Assembly (NCBI GenBank): GCA_038087875.1
Contig: CM075988.1
Coordinates: 18,292,001-18,356,000, forward strand
Direction of reading: 5' to 3'
DNA length: 64,000 bases
Origin: Malacoraja senta
Lineage: Eukaryota
The notes under the pieces were generated by a model. The model was not told where the DNA came from, did not search any database, and saw only the letters and a list, made by a program, of their open reading frames with translations. Every line of letters starts with the position of its first letter. Positions within the stretch are counted from its first letter, which is position 1. The position numbers and the translations under genes were made by a program. Positions 63,605-64,000 of this stretch are shown here, in pieces.

Positions 63605-63957
63605 ACTTTGGACACACTAGAGGCAGGAAACATGTTCCCGATGTTGGGGGAGTCGAGAACCAGGGGCCACAGTTTAAGAATAAGGAGTAAGCCATTTAGA
63701 ACGGAGACAAGGAAACACTTTTTCTCACAGAGAGTGGTGAGTCTGTGGAATTCTCTGCCTCAGAGGGCGGTGGAGGCAGGTTCTCTGGATGCTTTCAAGA
63801 GAGAGCTAGATAGGGCTCTTAAAAATAGCAGAGTCAGGGGATATGGGGAGAAGGCAGGAACGGGGTACTGATTGGGGATGATCAGCCATGATCACATTGA
63901 ATGGCGGTGCTGGCTCGAAGGGCCAAATGGCCTACTGCACTTATTGTCTATTGTCTA
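63605..63957 (+). mobile_element. CR1 LINE 3' fragment
   Basis: LEAGNMFPMLGESRTRGHSLRI..FFSQRVVSLWNSLP; tail (ctattgt)n. Confidence 0.9.
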
Positions 63958-64000
63958 TAATTGACTTCTGTAAATTGTACCCAGTGTGTAGGATAGTGCT

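Overview
Eukaryotic, very repeat-dense vertebrate DNA. The repeat set (HE1/V-SINE-like tRNA SINEs with CR1-type tails, HER1-like CR1 LINEs, Penelope GIY-YIG elements, Rex1/Babar, Tx1) points to a cartilaginous fish, probably a skate or ray; this is inference from family resemblance. Most ORF-track entries are TE fragments or simple-repeat artefacts, and no host gene could be named. There is one clear CpG island at about 33.59-34.1 kb with a candidate first coding exon, plus a few low-confidence spliced exons. The most notable signal is a high-copy ~90-120 bp Penelope-terminal module carrying a minimal hammerhead-ribozyme core (CTGAAGA-A-stem II-GAAACGTC). It occurs attached to GIY-YIG ORFs, alone, as fold-back palindromes and as tandem dimers. 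Also present: several nested insertions with readable TSDs, TTA/TAA-flanked MITE families sharing a terminus, a teleost-like SINE and a Vingi-like short element. Only representative copies of the abundant families are listed; repeat boundaries are approximate unless a TSD is quoted.
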